Shown piece by piece: positions 25,579 to 34,701 of a stretch of DNA of 64,000 nucleotides (its first letter is position 1; the number at the start of each line of letters is the position of its first letter). Source of the DNA: an uncultured virus (IMG/VR IMGVR_UViG_3300046524_000574). Lineage: Duplodnaviria; Heunggongvirae; Uroviricota; Caudoviricetes. A program made the translations under genes and the position numbers. Location of the stretch: the IMG/VR virus record IMGVR_UViG_3300046524_000574, one strand, 5' to 3'. Under the pieces are notes generated by a model. That model did not search any database, was not told the DNA's origin, and worked only from the letters and a program-made list of their open reading frames with translations.

Positions 25579-26081
25579 AAACCACCTTCAAGATGGTCCT
25601 GTTTTACGGGCAGTCGGAGTGCTATTCGAACTGGAATCCCACCGGCTTCACGGTGAAAGGCATCCCGTTTGCGAACGGCGAGCAATACATGATGTACTGC
25701 AAGGCCATGTTCTTCAAAGACGCGGATACGGCAAAGCTGATTCTGGCTGAACCGGACCCCTCCAAGGTGAAGGCACTCGGCCGTCAGGTGAAGCCCTTTG
25801 TCGAACAGGAATGGGTCGACAACCGGCTTCGATTCGTTCGACGCGGTCTGCTCGAGAAGGCACGTCAGAACCCGGAAATCGCACGGCAGCTTCTGGCCAC
25901 CGGTAACCGTATTCTGGTCGAGGCAAGCCCAAGCGACAAAATCTGGGGCATCGGTCTGAGGGAGACGGACCCTCTCGCGCTGGACCCGGCGAAATGGCGG
26001 GGTCAGAACTTGTTGGGTCAGGCCTGGATGTGGGTTCGCGACCTGTTGCGCGCAGAACAACAGTTGCCGCTTGCTGCATAA
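25575..26081 (+). CDS. NADAR/YbiA family protein
   Basis: SNW, GEQYMMYCKA..F.D, K.LGRQV, K..QNP, LLATG...LVEASP.D.IWGIG, W.GQNLLG. Confidence 0.92.
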   Translation: MKTTFKMVLFYGQSECYSNWNPTGFTVKGIPFANGEQYMMYCKAMFFKDADTAKLILAEPDPSKVKALGRQVKPFVEQEWVDNRLRFVRRGLLEKARQNPEIARQLLATGNRILVEASPSDKIWGIGLRETDPLALDPAKWRGQNLLGQAWMWVRDLLRAEQQLPLAA

Positions 26082-26100
26082 AATTCTTGATTCAAACTCA

Positions 26101-26129
26101 AACCGCGCAATGCTGCGCGGTTTTCTTTT
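26101..26129 (+). terminator. Intrinsic terminator
   Basis: aaaccgcgca-atgc-tgcgcggttt plus T run. Confidence 0.7.
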
Positions 26130-26162
26130 GGCCAAGCGCAAAAGGCGTAGGAGAACGGGAGC

Positions 26163-26519
26163 ATGCCCGTGGGCGGCGACACCCGCGCACTTCCCGCCGC
26201 GCATCGCGAACGCATTGGCCTGCGGATGCCACCGTGCACGCGTTGTGGCGGGCACTTCGTGGCGCATGCCCAGGATGTCGTCAAACACCTGGTCTGCGGC
26301 CTTTGCCAGCCACCATCGCGAGCTAACGCGACAAAGGCCAATCGCAAAGCAACGGTCGAGGTCGGCGGAGAAGGTTACGTCGACCAACTCCGCAACCAAG
26401 AACGCTGTTCGAGAAAAGGGAGCTGTCGCGCTCTCCCGGTAGTGCGCTGCTGGAACCCGTTGCGCGAGGGCGCCGTGGAATGTGTGTTCAACGGGCTGCG
26501 CATGTCGATTTTCAATTAA
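26163..26519 (+). pseudogene. flhC: Fragment matching only the FlhC C-terminal zinc finger
   Basis: CTRCGGHFVAHA......VCGLCQPPSRA matches the betaproteobacterial FlhC C-terminus; N-terminal FlhC body absent. Confidence 0.65.
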
Positions 26520-26569
26520 CAAAAGTCCATTTTCATAGTATAATTCACACTATTCTAAGGGAGATTTTG

Positions 26570-26938
26570 ATGGCTTTGACGGCGCGGGACGTGGAACTGC
26601 TGAAGATGTCGGCCATTACGGAGCAGATGCCGCTTCAGTTCGACAACGGCTTCCGCTGGACCACGCTCTCGTGCAACTGTTTTCGATGTGGCCAGGCCAT
26701 GAAAGACGAGCGCGTCAAAGGAGTGCTGACCAAGCACACGCCGCACATGGCTGTGCTGGAAGCCATCGGAAACTGCCCGACGTGCGAACTGTACACCCGG
26801 TTCCTCTATCGCCTCTACGATGACAAGCGCATCATGGGGCCGCAGAACGGTAAATGGCAGACCTGGCAGGTTCGCCGCAATCCTTTCTACAAGCGAGTGT
26901 TGTACTCGCTTCGACGCGTGCTCAGCCGGGTCTCATAG
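26570..26938 (+). CDS. Hypothetical protein with two CxxC motifs
   Basis: AAGGGAG RBS, TATAAT upstream; CFRC and CPTC. Confidence 0.65.
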   Translation: MALTARDVELLKMSAITEQMPLQFDNGFRWTTLSCNCFRCGQAMKDERVKGVLTKHTPHMAVLEAIGNCPTCELYTRFLYRLYDDKRIMGPQNGKWQTWQVRRNPFYKRVLYSLRRVLSRVS

Positions 26939-26959
26939 TAGCCCGGCCGGCGGCGCGCT

Positions 26960-27271
26960 TCAGCGCTTGAATAGCGCCGCAGTGCTCGACGTCATCATCC
27001 ACGCGATGCGCCCGCGCAGCGATGCCTGCTCCGTAATCGGAGGCAGCGCGTAGCGACACTCCCACAGTTCTATGCCGAGAAAGCGCTTGAAGCGCGCCCG
27101 GCGCCAATCGCAATACTCCCATGGCGCAGGTATCTCCGCCAGCTCAGCAGGCGTCAACCCGATGTGGGCGATGTCGCTCGTGGACACCGGCTTCTTCGGG
27201 TCCAGCGGGAGGTTCTGGTTCAGCCAGGGTATGAGGTCGGCTAACAGCCGCTCGAGGGTGGTCTGGGGCAT
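26960..27271 (-). CDS. Hypothetical protein
   Basis: Co-oriented downstream of the 252-aa ORF. Confidence 0.5.
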   Translation of the reverse strand: MPQTTLERLLADLIPWLNQNLPLDPKKPVSTSDIAHIGLTPAELAEIPAPWEYCDWRRARFKRFLGIELWECRYALPPITEQASLRGRIAWMMTSSTAALFKR

Positions 27272-27304
27272 TGCAGGTCTCGTATCAAGCTCGACAAAAT
27301 GTCA

Positions 27305-28063
27305 TTAGGTAGCAGTAGGCGCCGGCAGCAGCGACGCGCCGCCGTTGGCGATGACGGATAGGAGCCGCTGCTCGTCGTGGGCGAACTCCTGAATCCGGCG
27401 CGACAACTCAGCCATGCCCAGCAACAGCCGATGGAAAAACAGGGCGGCTTCTGGCGAATAGGGCATCTCGGGGCAGTCATCCGGCAGCGAGAACGCGGCC
27501 CATGACTGCAGCAGGTACAGCGGGTCGTTGCGCTCACCGGCTGCGCCGACCTTTTCGTATTTGACGGTAACGGTGTTCCCGCGCCTGAGCGTCTTCTTGT
27601 CGACCACTCGCGCGCCGATTACGAGCGAGTAGCCATCTCGGGACGGATTGCCTGAGTGATGATTGCCGTACCACTTGTCCGGGGCCCAGCGAGCGTCCGG
27701 CCACGAGGCATTCGGAACGACGGTGCCATCCGGTGTTTCTGCGAACGAGACGTGCGAGCCAAGGTGGTAGAGGATGACGCGCTCGACTGTTACATCGGGC
27801 GTCAACACCTGAAGGTACGCCTGCTGAAGCGCCTCACGAAGGGTGGCCAGCACCGGCCCGCGCAGGTGCGTGTGGCCACGTACGCTCACGCGCGCAACGG
27901 TCTTTCCATCGAATTGGGTCGCACGCACAACCTCGAGTAGCTCTTCAGGCACCCGCACCTGGAACACGCCTGCATCGTCGATGCTCGTGACGCACTTCAG
28001 TTCGAGGCGCTCGTCCGTGGCGGGGTCCTTAACGGCAATCTTGGTGTCTTGAATTTTGGCCAC
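27305..28063 (-). CDS. Hypothetical protein
   Basis: GTG start with TAAGGAG RBS. Confidence 0.7.
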   Translation of the reverse strand: MAKIQDTKIAVKDPATDERLELKCVTSIDDAGVFQVRVPEELLEVVRATQFDGKTVARVSVRGHTHLRGPVLATLREALQQAYLQVLTPDVTVERVILYHLGSHVSFAETPDGTVVPNASWPDARWAPDKWYGNHHSGNPSRDGYSLVIGARVVDKKTLRRGNTVTVKYEKVGAAGERNDPLYLLQSWAAFSLPDDCPEMPYSPEAALFFHRLLLGMAELSRRIQEFAHDEQRLLSVIANGGASLLPAPTAT

Positions 28064-28073
28064 AGCGGGCTCC

Positions 28074-28241
28074 TTACTTGAACCTAAGAATCAGATACTC
28101 TGTCCAGCAGTTGTGCTCGTCGTGACCGACGTTTTCAAACACCCGCACGACCACATACTTGCCGAGCACTCGCCGGCCGCGATGCCACGGGCCGTGCAGG
28201 TACATGGCCGTGGGGCGGCGGCGCAGCGCTCGCATTTTCAT
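28074..28241 (-). CDS. 55-aa hypothetical protein (below ORF-track cutoff)
   Basis: MKMRALRRRP...YLILRFK; stop overlaps the RBS of the next gene. Confidence 0.4.
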   Translation of the reverse strand: MKMRALRRRPTAMYLHGPWHRGRRVLGKYVVVRVFENVGHDEHNCWTEYLILRFK

Positions 28242-28384
28242 GGCTCGTCCGGTTAGTGTGGTTCATTATATCAAATAATGACAATATAAGCGACGATTCG
28301 CCTTATTGCAAGTTTACAGGTATACTATCGGGAGCCCGTGGCAAAGCCACGCAAACGTCAACCTTCCGTCATCGGAGTACGGAC

Positions 28385-29374
28385 ATGAATGTTCTCATCG
28401 TGACCGAGAAACCATCGGTCGCTAGCTGTATCGCGCCGCTCGCGCGCAAGCACTGGCCCGACGCCAGCATCACGTTTGTTCACGCCAACCCGTTTAGCAA
28501 CATCCGCTTCAGCTATCCGCGCGGACACAAGTTGCACGAGTATCCTTTGCTATCGGAGCCGAACAATCGCCTTGCTCCCTGGAGCGAATGGCAGTGCGCC
28601 CCGTACATCATGACTGCCGATGGTTCCCTCGTGAAGGCCGCAATGAGCGCTGAGCTGTTTACTTCGGCGGACCTCATCGTGTCTGCCTGCGACTCTGACC
28701 ATACTGGAGCGACCGCTTTTGCGGTGCTGCTCGAACAGGTGTTCGGAGATGTCCGCTTTCTGGCGTCCCCGGCGCTCTCGCTCTCCGCTCTGGACGATGC
28801 GTTTATCGTGAGGGCATTCGCGCAGATGGCTCCGTTTGGAGAGCTCTGCACCGAAAGCTTCGAGTACGGGCGTGTAAAGCGCTATTTCGACTGGAACTGG
28901 AACGTGAACAGCCTCGCCATTCTGGGTGAAACGCAGCGCCGAGCCGGCGTGCCGGCTGACGCACCGCCGCTGTCGAAATATGCGCTGCAGCTTCTGTACA
29001 ACCTGCGTAACAAACAGCCGATGACCGACGGAATTGTCATCCAGCTGATGCATCGCTGGCCGGGCACGGGCCGCTACCAGGTGATGCCTGGCGAGTGGCG
29101 CACGCGGCTCGGAAGTGCGGCATCGCGGTCTCCGATTCTGGATAACCTCATCGCGGCAGGGCTCCTCGCTCGCACAACGGTGGATGGCAAACACGCCGTT
29201 GTAATCTCAGCGCGCGGCCTGGCATTGCTGGAGTTATTGCATCCGGATTGCGAGGACCTGGACCTGCCGTTCCGCCTGCACGCCTGGTGCGAGCAGGGTG
29301 CAGCATCAAAGCCGGCCATCGACCGTTACATCAAGACATTTTTCGGAAAACAGAAGCGCTTTCTTGCGCATTAA
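28385..29374 (+). CDS. Short topoisomerase IA-like protein (TOPRIM domain; catalytic Tyr region not evident)
   Basis: LIVTEKPSVA, ACDSD (DxD), LGSAASRSPILDNL similar to the topo IA LGTPATRA.II motif; only 329 aa. Confidence 0.7.
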   Translation: MNVLIVTEKPSVASCIAPLARKHWPDASITFVHANPFSNIRFSYPRGHKLHEYPLLSEPNNRLAPWSEWQCAPYIMTADGSLVKAAMSAELFTSADLIVSACDSDHTGATAFAVLLEQVFGDVRFLASPALSLSALDDAFIVRAFAQMAPFGELCTESFEYGRVKRYFDWNWNVNSLAILGETQRRAGVPADAPPLSKYALQLLYNLRNKQPMTDGIVIQLMHRWPGTGRYQVMPGEWRTRLGSAASRSPILDNLIAAGLLARTTVDGKHAVVISARGLALLELLHPDCEDLDLPFRLHAWCEQGAASKPAIDRYIKTFFGKQKRFLAH

Positions 29375-29392
29375 TCCGACGGGGGCAGCACT

Positions 29393-30130
29393 ATGACGCA
29401 CGACGACACCAACGGCCCGCGGCTCATCGTCATCTCAGGCGCCGGGCTCTCCGCGGAAAGCGGCATCGCGACTTTTCGCGACACAGGCGGCATCTGGTCG
29501 CAGTTCAACCTCGAGGAGGTCTGCAACTATCGCGTCTGGAGACGGAACCGCACGAAGGTTTTCGACTTCTATGCGAAGCGTAAGGAAGAGGTGCTTGCCG
29601 CGCAACCCAATGAGGCGCACCGGTGCCTGGCGCACTGGCAATCCAAGTGGGGCGTCGCGCGCGTGCGTCTGCTCACCCAGAACGTCGACGACCTGCTCGA
29701 GCGCGCCGGCGCGAAGGGTGTCACTCACCTGCACGGCGAGCTCACCACGATGCTGTGCGACAACTGCTATCGCAAGTTCGACATCGGGCAGGCGGCTATC
29801 GACCCGACGGTCCCATGTCCACGGTGCGGTGATGTCGACCCGGTCAAGCCCGGTGTGGTTTTCTTCGGTGAATCGAGTCCGGGCTATCACATTCTGGGCG
29901 AAGAGCTGGAGCGGCTACGCGGAGAAGACATCCTGCTCATCGTGGGCTCATCCTTGCAGGTCATCCCCGTCGAGATGCTCGTGCCGGCGGCGCGTGCCGG
30001 CGACAGCCGGGTCTGGCAGGTTAATCCGGAGCTGGTCGACGAGACATACTTCGGCCGCAACGTACGCGCGACGGCGACGGAAGGCTTGGCGCAGCTGGAG
30101 CCGCTGCTCGTGCAGTTGATGGGTAGCTAA
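29393..30130 (+). CDS. Sir2/CobB-family NAD-dependent deacylase
   Basis: SGAGLSAESGIATFR, PNEAH, TQNVDDL.ERAG, HLHG, CxxC..CxxC, KPGVVFFGE, VGSS. Confidence 0.93.
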   Translation: MTHDDTNGPRLIVISGAGLSAESGIATFRDTGGIWSQFNLEEVCNYRVWRRNRTKVFDFYAKRKEEVLAAQPNEAHRCLAHWQSKWGVARVRLLTQNVDDLLERAGAKGVTHLHGELTTMLCDNCYRKFDIGQAAIDPTVPCPRCGDVDPVKPGVVFFGESSPGYHILGEELERLRGEDILLIVGSSLQVIPVEMLVPAARAGDSRVWQVNPELVDETYFGRNVRATATEGLAQLEPLLVQLMGS

Positions 30131-30237
30131 TACGCGGCCGGCATAAGAGGCGCAATTGCGTCTCTTAATGGCTTGAAACACGGTTAAGCGCCCTGAAAGT
30201 GCCGCTTATGCCGAGGGACAGGACGTCGCTTTGGACG

Positions 30238-30266
30238 AAAAAAGCCCTGCAAAGATGCAGGGCTCG
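30238..30266 (-). terminator. Intrinsic terminator for the leftward unit
   Basis: aaaaa-agccctgca-aaga-tgcagggct. Confidence 0.65.
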
Positions 30267-30280
30267 TGAGTTGCAGTAAA

Positions 30281-31276
30281 TCAGATTTCAAAGGCGGCTT
30301 GCAGCAAGACGCGTTTGCGCTCTTTTTCGGCAGCGTATTTCCTGTCTGCTTCAGGGTCGGAGTTCTTCAGCCCGTCGAGCATCTTCAGAATTGCCGCGCT
30401 TCCTTCAGCTTTTCGTGCGGCCTTATCCGATTCAGAGAGTGCGTCGAACTCCGCCATCTGCCGCACATGCTCTTCGAATTCCGCCTGCGAATGCGCTGCA
30501 GGTGCCGACTGGACCATCACCTTCAACACGGGATTGCCGGTCGTCACGATGCGCTCGTACAGCATGTCGGGCGCGTGCAACTGGGGCAAAGCAACAACCA
30601 CGTCTTGGGCCAGCCTGTGCGTATTTAGGAACTCGGTGATACCCAGAAAGTGGGCAAATACCGCACCGACTAATGCAGCGGATGCCTTGCAGTTGCGGTT
30701 CTTCTCGTCGTGCATGACATAGGGCACCGCGACGCGGCCGGGAAAATAGTCCGACCGTGAGCCTTGAACCCGGACGCCCTGGAAGAGGTCCTGGTCCGGC
30801 TCAGGGTCATACTCATCCTGCCCCGCATAGTCTTTCCATCGCGGCTCCAGCTCGGCCCAGCCCAAAGGACGAGCGTTTGTCAGGTCCGGATAGCGGACTT
30901 CGAGGTTGATGCTCAGCTTCTTTACTCGAGCTTCGAAATTCCACCGCTGGCCATCGAGCGACCGGGCGACATCACTCACCTCGCGTGCGTCGTTTCTGAT
31001 GTGCTGGAGCAACGTCACCAGTGCGTCATACAGGTCCGGATAAACGGTCGGGCCGTACTTTGCAGCAAGCAACGCCGTTCGCTTATCTGCGAGCTCATTC
31101 GTGGCTAGCCACAACGGGTGTGAGTCGAACCAGGTGCGTGCGGCATACTCCGCGGCTGCGCGGACTTCGGTGAAAAGTGCTTCCAGGTCGGCAACGGGTG
31201 TCCACTTCTGGCGGATGTACTCTGCCAGATGCTTCACTTCGTCGTCGAGATTGATGTCTGCAGTCAGGTTTTTCAT
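30281..31276 (-). CDS. Hypothetical protein
   Basis: GAGG RBS; CTATAC on the minus strand at 31310-31315. Confidence 0.7.
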   Translation of the reverse strand: MKNLTADINLDDEVKHLAEYIRQKWTPVADLEALFTEVRAAAEYAARTWFDSHPLWLATNELADKRTALLAAKYGPTVYPDLYDALVTLLQHIRNDAREVSDVARSLDGQRWNFEARVKKLSINLEVRYPDLTNARPLGWAELEPRWKDYAGQDEYDPEPDQDLFQGVRVQGSRSDYFPGRVAVPYVMHDEKNRNCKASAALVGAVFAHFLGITEFLNTHRLAQDVVVALPQLHAPDMLYERIVTTGNPVLKVMVQSAPAAHSQAEFEEHVRQMAEFDALSESDKAARKAEGSAAILKMLDGLKNSDPEADRKYAAEKERKRVLLQAAFEI

Positions 31277-31324
31277 GCTTTGGCCTCAGGATGTAATTGA
31301 ACACATCCCGTATAGGCCGGGCCG

Positions 31325-32071
31325 CTACTCGGGCATATCATCCGCGCGGGCGATGACACCCCGGCTGCCAGGGATTGCGTGCAGGTCTCCGATGCCGACC
31401 CAGGTGAAGGCCTTGTCGGGCTGTTTCGACTCGAGCAGCCGCACGTTCGCCGTCGGACCAACCGGGCCGTGAAACAGCTCAGTGATGATGGCTGGCGCCG
31501 GCGCCAGGTCTTCGCGGCCGCGGTAGATGACGTGCACACGCTGGTCGACGGCGAAGCGACCCAGGCTGCGATAGAGCGGAGTGCCGTTCGGGTGATGGCC
31601 GACTGTCTCCGGGCCGGGCACGAGGCATCGAAGAAATTTGCCGAGCTGCTGCCGCTGAATTCCAATGCCGCCAGACGTTTCCTGCACCTTCACGTTGCTC
31701 GCAAGGTGGCCGCGCTCGAGCTGGCGCTGTACGGCGGCGCGCATCACGCGCCGGTATTCCTGGCCACCCGCCAACAGCACCGTCCGCGAACCAGAGGGAA
31801 TCTGGCCATGTATGAAAGCGTCAAGCTTCGCGAGCATCTCGTTGGCGCGCTCAGGCGTCAGACGCTGCTCGTACGGCTCGATGACTTCGTCGCTCGGAAT
31901 GAAGCCGTGCTGGGCCGAGAGGATGACGACATGCGGGCGGGCATCGCGCTTCACGTTCGCGCGAAATGTGCTGTACATGACCCCCTGGTACAGCTCGAGT
32001 GCGGGTGCAGCGTGAGCCTGCTTGGTCGCCGAGCAGGCCATGATGACGACAGCCGAAGAGTCGCGTTCCAT
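31325..32071 (-). CDS. DUF6884-like protein with C-terminal extension
   Basis: CSATK....PALELYQG...ILSAQHGFI....IEPYEQRL..LAGGQEY..GGIG.QRQQL. Confidence 0.65.
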   Translation of the reverse strand: MERDSSAVVIMACSATKQAHAAPALELYQGVMYSTFRANVKRDARPHVVILSAQHGFIPSDEVIEPYEQRLTPERANEMLAKLDAFIHGQIPSGSRTVLLAGGQEYRRVMRAAVQRQLERGHLASNVKVQETSGGIGIQRQQLGKFLRCLVPGPETVGHHPNGTPLYRSLGRFAVDQRVHVIYRGREDLAPAPAIITELFHGPVGPTANVRLLESKQPDKAFTWVGIGDLHAIPGSRGVIARADDMPE

Positions 32072-32142
32072 GTGCGGAGTATGAGTTTGGACTTGGATTG
32101 CCGGCTACGCGTGCGTGAACCGGAACGTGTTGAACCAGGCGC

Positions 32143-32982
32143 TCAATCCCTGGCGCCCGGTGGGGCGCTAGACGCTTGGGCGCGACGGTAGTCGCTAACC
32201 GTGGTAAACCGCCTGGCCCTGAGTGTTCTTGCAAGGTGGCTTCCGTCTCTAAAGCCACATATGCGCGCAAGCTTGTCTGCCGGATAATCGCATTGCTCAA
32301 GCAATTCACATACGCGGTCCAGCCGAGCGTTTATCAGAAAATCAGAGGGCGCTATGCCGATGACCTGCCGAAAGTTCCTGAGATACGACCGCTCGCTCAT
32401 AGACACTTGTTCCGCGGCATCGGCCACCGTTATTTTCTTGGAAAGATTCTCGACCAGCCACCTGGCCGAAGCCCTCATCCGGGCTTCCCGGGAGCTCGTA
32501 TCGCTCCGAAGAAGCGGATGCATGCTGAATTTTTGCTCGACGAGAGTTATCAGGCGTTGCGCCTCTCCTTGTTCGCAATCTTCCCGAATCAGGCTTACGA
32601 CCGCATTCACCGCGTCCAGTGATGTGACTTGTTTGGGATGTTCCCTCAAGATGACGCTACCCGAGCCCTTTCCATTCTCGCATTGCACCAACCTTGCTAT
32701 GAAGTCGCCCTCAACGAAAGAAAACAATGTATCTCCGTCCAGACGAAATATTCGCCGGAAACCACTCGCTTTGGCGGGCTCGAGCTTGTCCGTCGACACT
32801 TTAAGATTATGTCCGGACTGCACAGCAGACCCTTGCTGCGATAAGAGTTCAACGGAGTAACCGCCGCTCGTGAAAAGCGCCTTCGCTTGGTTCACCTCTT
32901 CAATCAGGTCCACAAGAGCAGCGAGTTTCAGAAATGAAAAACCGCCTGAAAGCAAGATGCCAATTCGCACAAGATTTCCCAA
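32143..32982 (-). CDS. AraC/GlxA-family regulator with degenerate DJ-1-like N-domain
   Basis: AAEQVSMSERSYLRNFRQVIG..PSDFL...RLDR..LARICGF double HTH; TTG start. Confidence 0.75.
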   Translation of the reverse strand: MGNLVRIGILLSGGFSFLKLAALVDLIEEVNQAKALFTSGGYSVELLSQQGSAVQSGHNLKVSTDKLEPAKASGFRRIFRLDGDTLFSFVEGDFIARLVQCENGKGSGSVILREHPKQVTSLDAVNAVVSLIREDCEQGEAQRLITLVEQKFSMHPLLRSDTSSREARMRASARWLVENLSKKITVADAAEQVSMSERSYLRNFRQVIGIAPSDFLINARLDRVCELLEQCDYPADKLARICGFRDGSHLARTLRARRFTTVSDYRRAQASSAPPGARD

Positions 32983-33131
32983 TATCCCTCGATGTCGTTT
33001 TCAGCCTGCGAGAAACACCTGCCTGTTTCGATAGCGGAGAGCGGAGAGCGCTGGCCTTGAACGGAATCCAGCGCAGCGAACGTCGCGCGCCGGTGGCGTA
33101 ACAATCCACCTCGTAGGCCCGAGCCAAAGCT

Positions 33132-33485
33132 CTAAAAACGCTGCACACCCAGCGCGGTACAGCAGTTCCAAACCTGATTCACGAGCTCACGCAGGGCGCG
33201 AGCGCGCTTGTGGCCAGCAGAACACGCCCCACGTTTTCCCGGAGCACGCGCAGGGTGGTAGAGCCCGGAATACCGGTAATCGACCTCGCCGAACCAGGCG
33301 AGCAGCCGCGGGATTTGAACATGACGGTCCTGCCAGAAGAGCGACTTCTGCTGCCAGTCCATCTGGTCGCGACAGAACGCGAACAGCGACTCGTGCTCTG
33401 CCGTTGACAGGAATTCCGGTATCCACAACACATCCGGTTGTGGCAGCGCCAGTTCAGGGAAAAGAGAATCCATGTGAAGCTCCAT
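33132..33485 (-). pseudogene. Truncated AlkB-like 2OG-Fe(II) dioxygenase
   Basis: WIPEFLS...MDWQQ....QIPRLLAWFGEVDYRYSG N-terminus; no HxD...H/R catalytic half follows. Confidence 0.6.
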
Positions 33486-33549
33486 GTATACGATAAATTA
33501 TATCAAAAACGGTCTCTATTCTCAAGTTTAGTTATCCCTTTGGCGGCCA

Positions 33550-33578
33550 TTGTTATAAAAGCCATTTAATGGTATACT
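33550..33578 (+). promoter_or_regulatory. Sigma70-type promoter of the RNA ligase operon
   Basis: TTGTTA-17-TATACT with TG extended -10. Confidence 0.6.
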
Positions 33579-33605
33579 TCGGTCAACTCAAAACGCTATA
33601 TCACC

Positions 33606-34673
33606 ATGCAGCTGCGCAAATTCTCGGAAATCGAGCAGTTCCGCCACGTCGTTGGCGACGTCACTCACAGTGCAGAATACATCGGACAGGACTCGAACAA
33701 CGAGCCCATGTACGATGCGAGCAGCCGCAAGCCGGTGCTGACCTTCAATGGCACCGTCAAGCTGCATGGCAGCAACTGCGGCGTTGCGTTTGACGTGCTC
33801 ACCGGTACGGTGGAGGCTCAAAGCCACTTCAGCTACCTGAGCGTCGAAGATGATAACTTCGGCTTCTGTGCTTGGGTGAAGTCTCCGAGCGGCACAGCCG
33901 ATTTGTGGAGTCTGCGTCTTCGCATTCTCGCAACTGCTCTGGACTACGTGTACCAGCCCATCTTGGCCATCCGCACGTTCGGAGAATGGTGCGGGCAGGG
34001 CATTTACGGCAAGACCGCTATCGGCTATCTGCCGGTGCGCTGGGTGGTATTCGGCGTGCTGATTACGCTCGCGGATGGCAGCGAAAAATGGATTCCGGTC
34101 GGCGAGGTAGCGGCCAAGTGGGCCGAGCATATCGTCGGCAAGGAAAGCTTGCTCATTCACTTCATCACCGACTTCCCGACGTACGCCATCGACATCGACT
34201 TCAACGACCCGGGCGCGAGTCTCGACGAGCTGGAGCGATTGACGCTCGAGGTCGAAGCCGAATGCCCGGTCGCGAAAGCGCTGGGTCTCATCGGCGTGGG
34301 CGAGGGCATCGTCTGGGAGTGCTTCCATCCGAAGCTCGGCCGCCTCACGTTCAAGACCAAGGGCAGCAAGCACAAGGGCACGAAGAACTCACGCATCGTC
34401 CAGATTGAACCTGAAGTGCTCGCCAGCATGGCGGCGTTCACCGAGGCAGTGCTGACCGAGAGCCGGCTTGAGCAGGGCTACGGAATTCTCGTTGCCGACC
34501 ACGGCGAGGTGACGGATAAGCACATCGGCGCCTTCCTGAAATGGGTGGGACAGGACGTACTCAAGGAAGAGACGGACACGATGGAGGCGAGCGGCCTGGA
34601 ACGCCAGCACGTGATGGGTCGCATCAACCGCCGCGCGAAGGAGTGGCTGCTTCCGCGGCTCGCTCAGGTCTGA
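33606..34673 (+). CDS. ATP-dependent RNA ligase (Rnl2-like nucleotidyltransferase)
   Basis: Motif I TVKLHGSN, motif III FGEWCGQGI, motif IV GEGIVW, motif V FKTKGSKH. Confidence 0.8.
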   Translation: MQLRKFSEIEQFRHVVGDVTHSAEYIGQDSNNEPMYDASSRKPVLTFNGTVKLHGSNCGVAFDVLTGTVEAQSHFSYLSVEDDNFGFCAWVKSPSGTADLWSLRLRILATALDYVYQPILAIRTFGEWCGQGIYGKTAIGYLPVRWVVFGVLITLADGSEKWIPVGEVAAKWAEHIVGKESLLIHFITDFPTYAIDIDFNDPGASLDELERLTLEVEAECPVAKALGLIGVGEGIVWECFHPKLGRLTFKTKGSKHKGTKNSRIVQIEPEVLASMAAFTEAVLTESRLEQGYGILVADHGEVTDKHIGAFLKWVGQDVLKEETDTMEASGLERQHVMGRINRRAKEWLLPRLAQV

Positions 34674-34701
34674 CACAAACAACACACACACTGGATTGCG
34701 C

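Noticed and set aside
29393..30130. Thoeris/DSR-type SIR2 defence NADase
   Set aside because: It is a short classical CobB-type sirtuin with a zinc finger and no fused effector or TIR/Argonaute/HerA partner.
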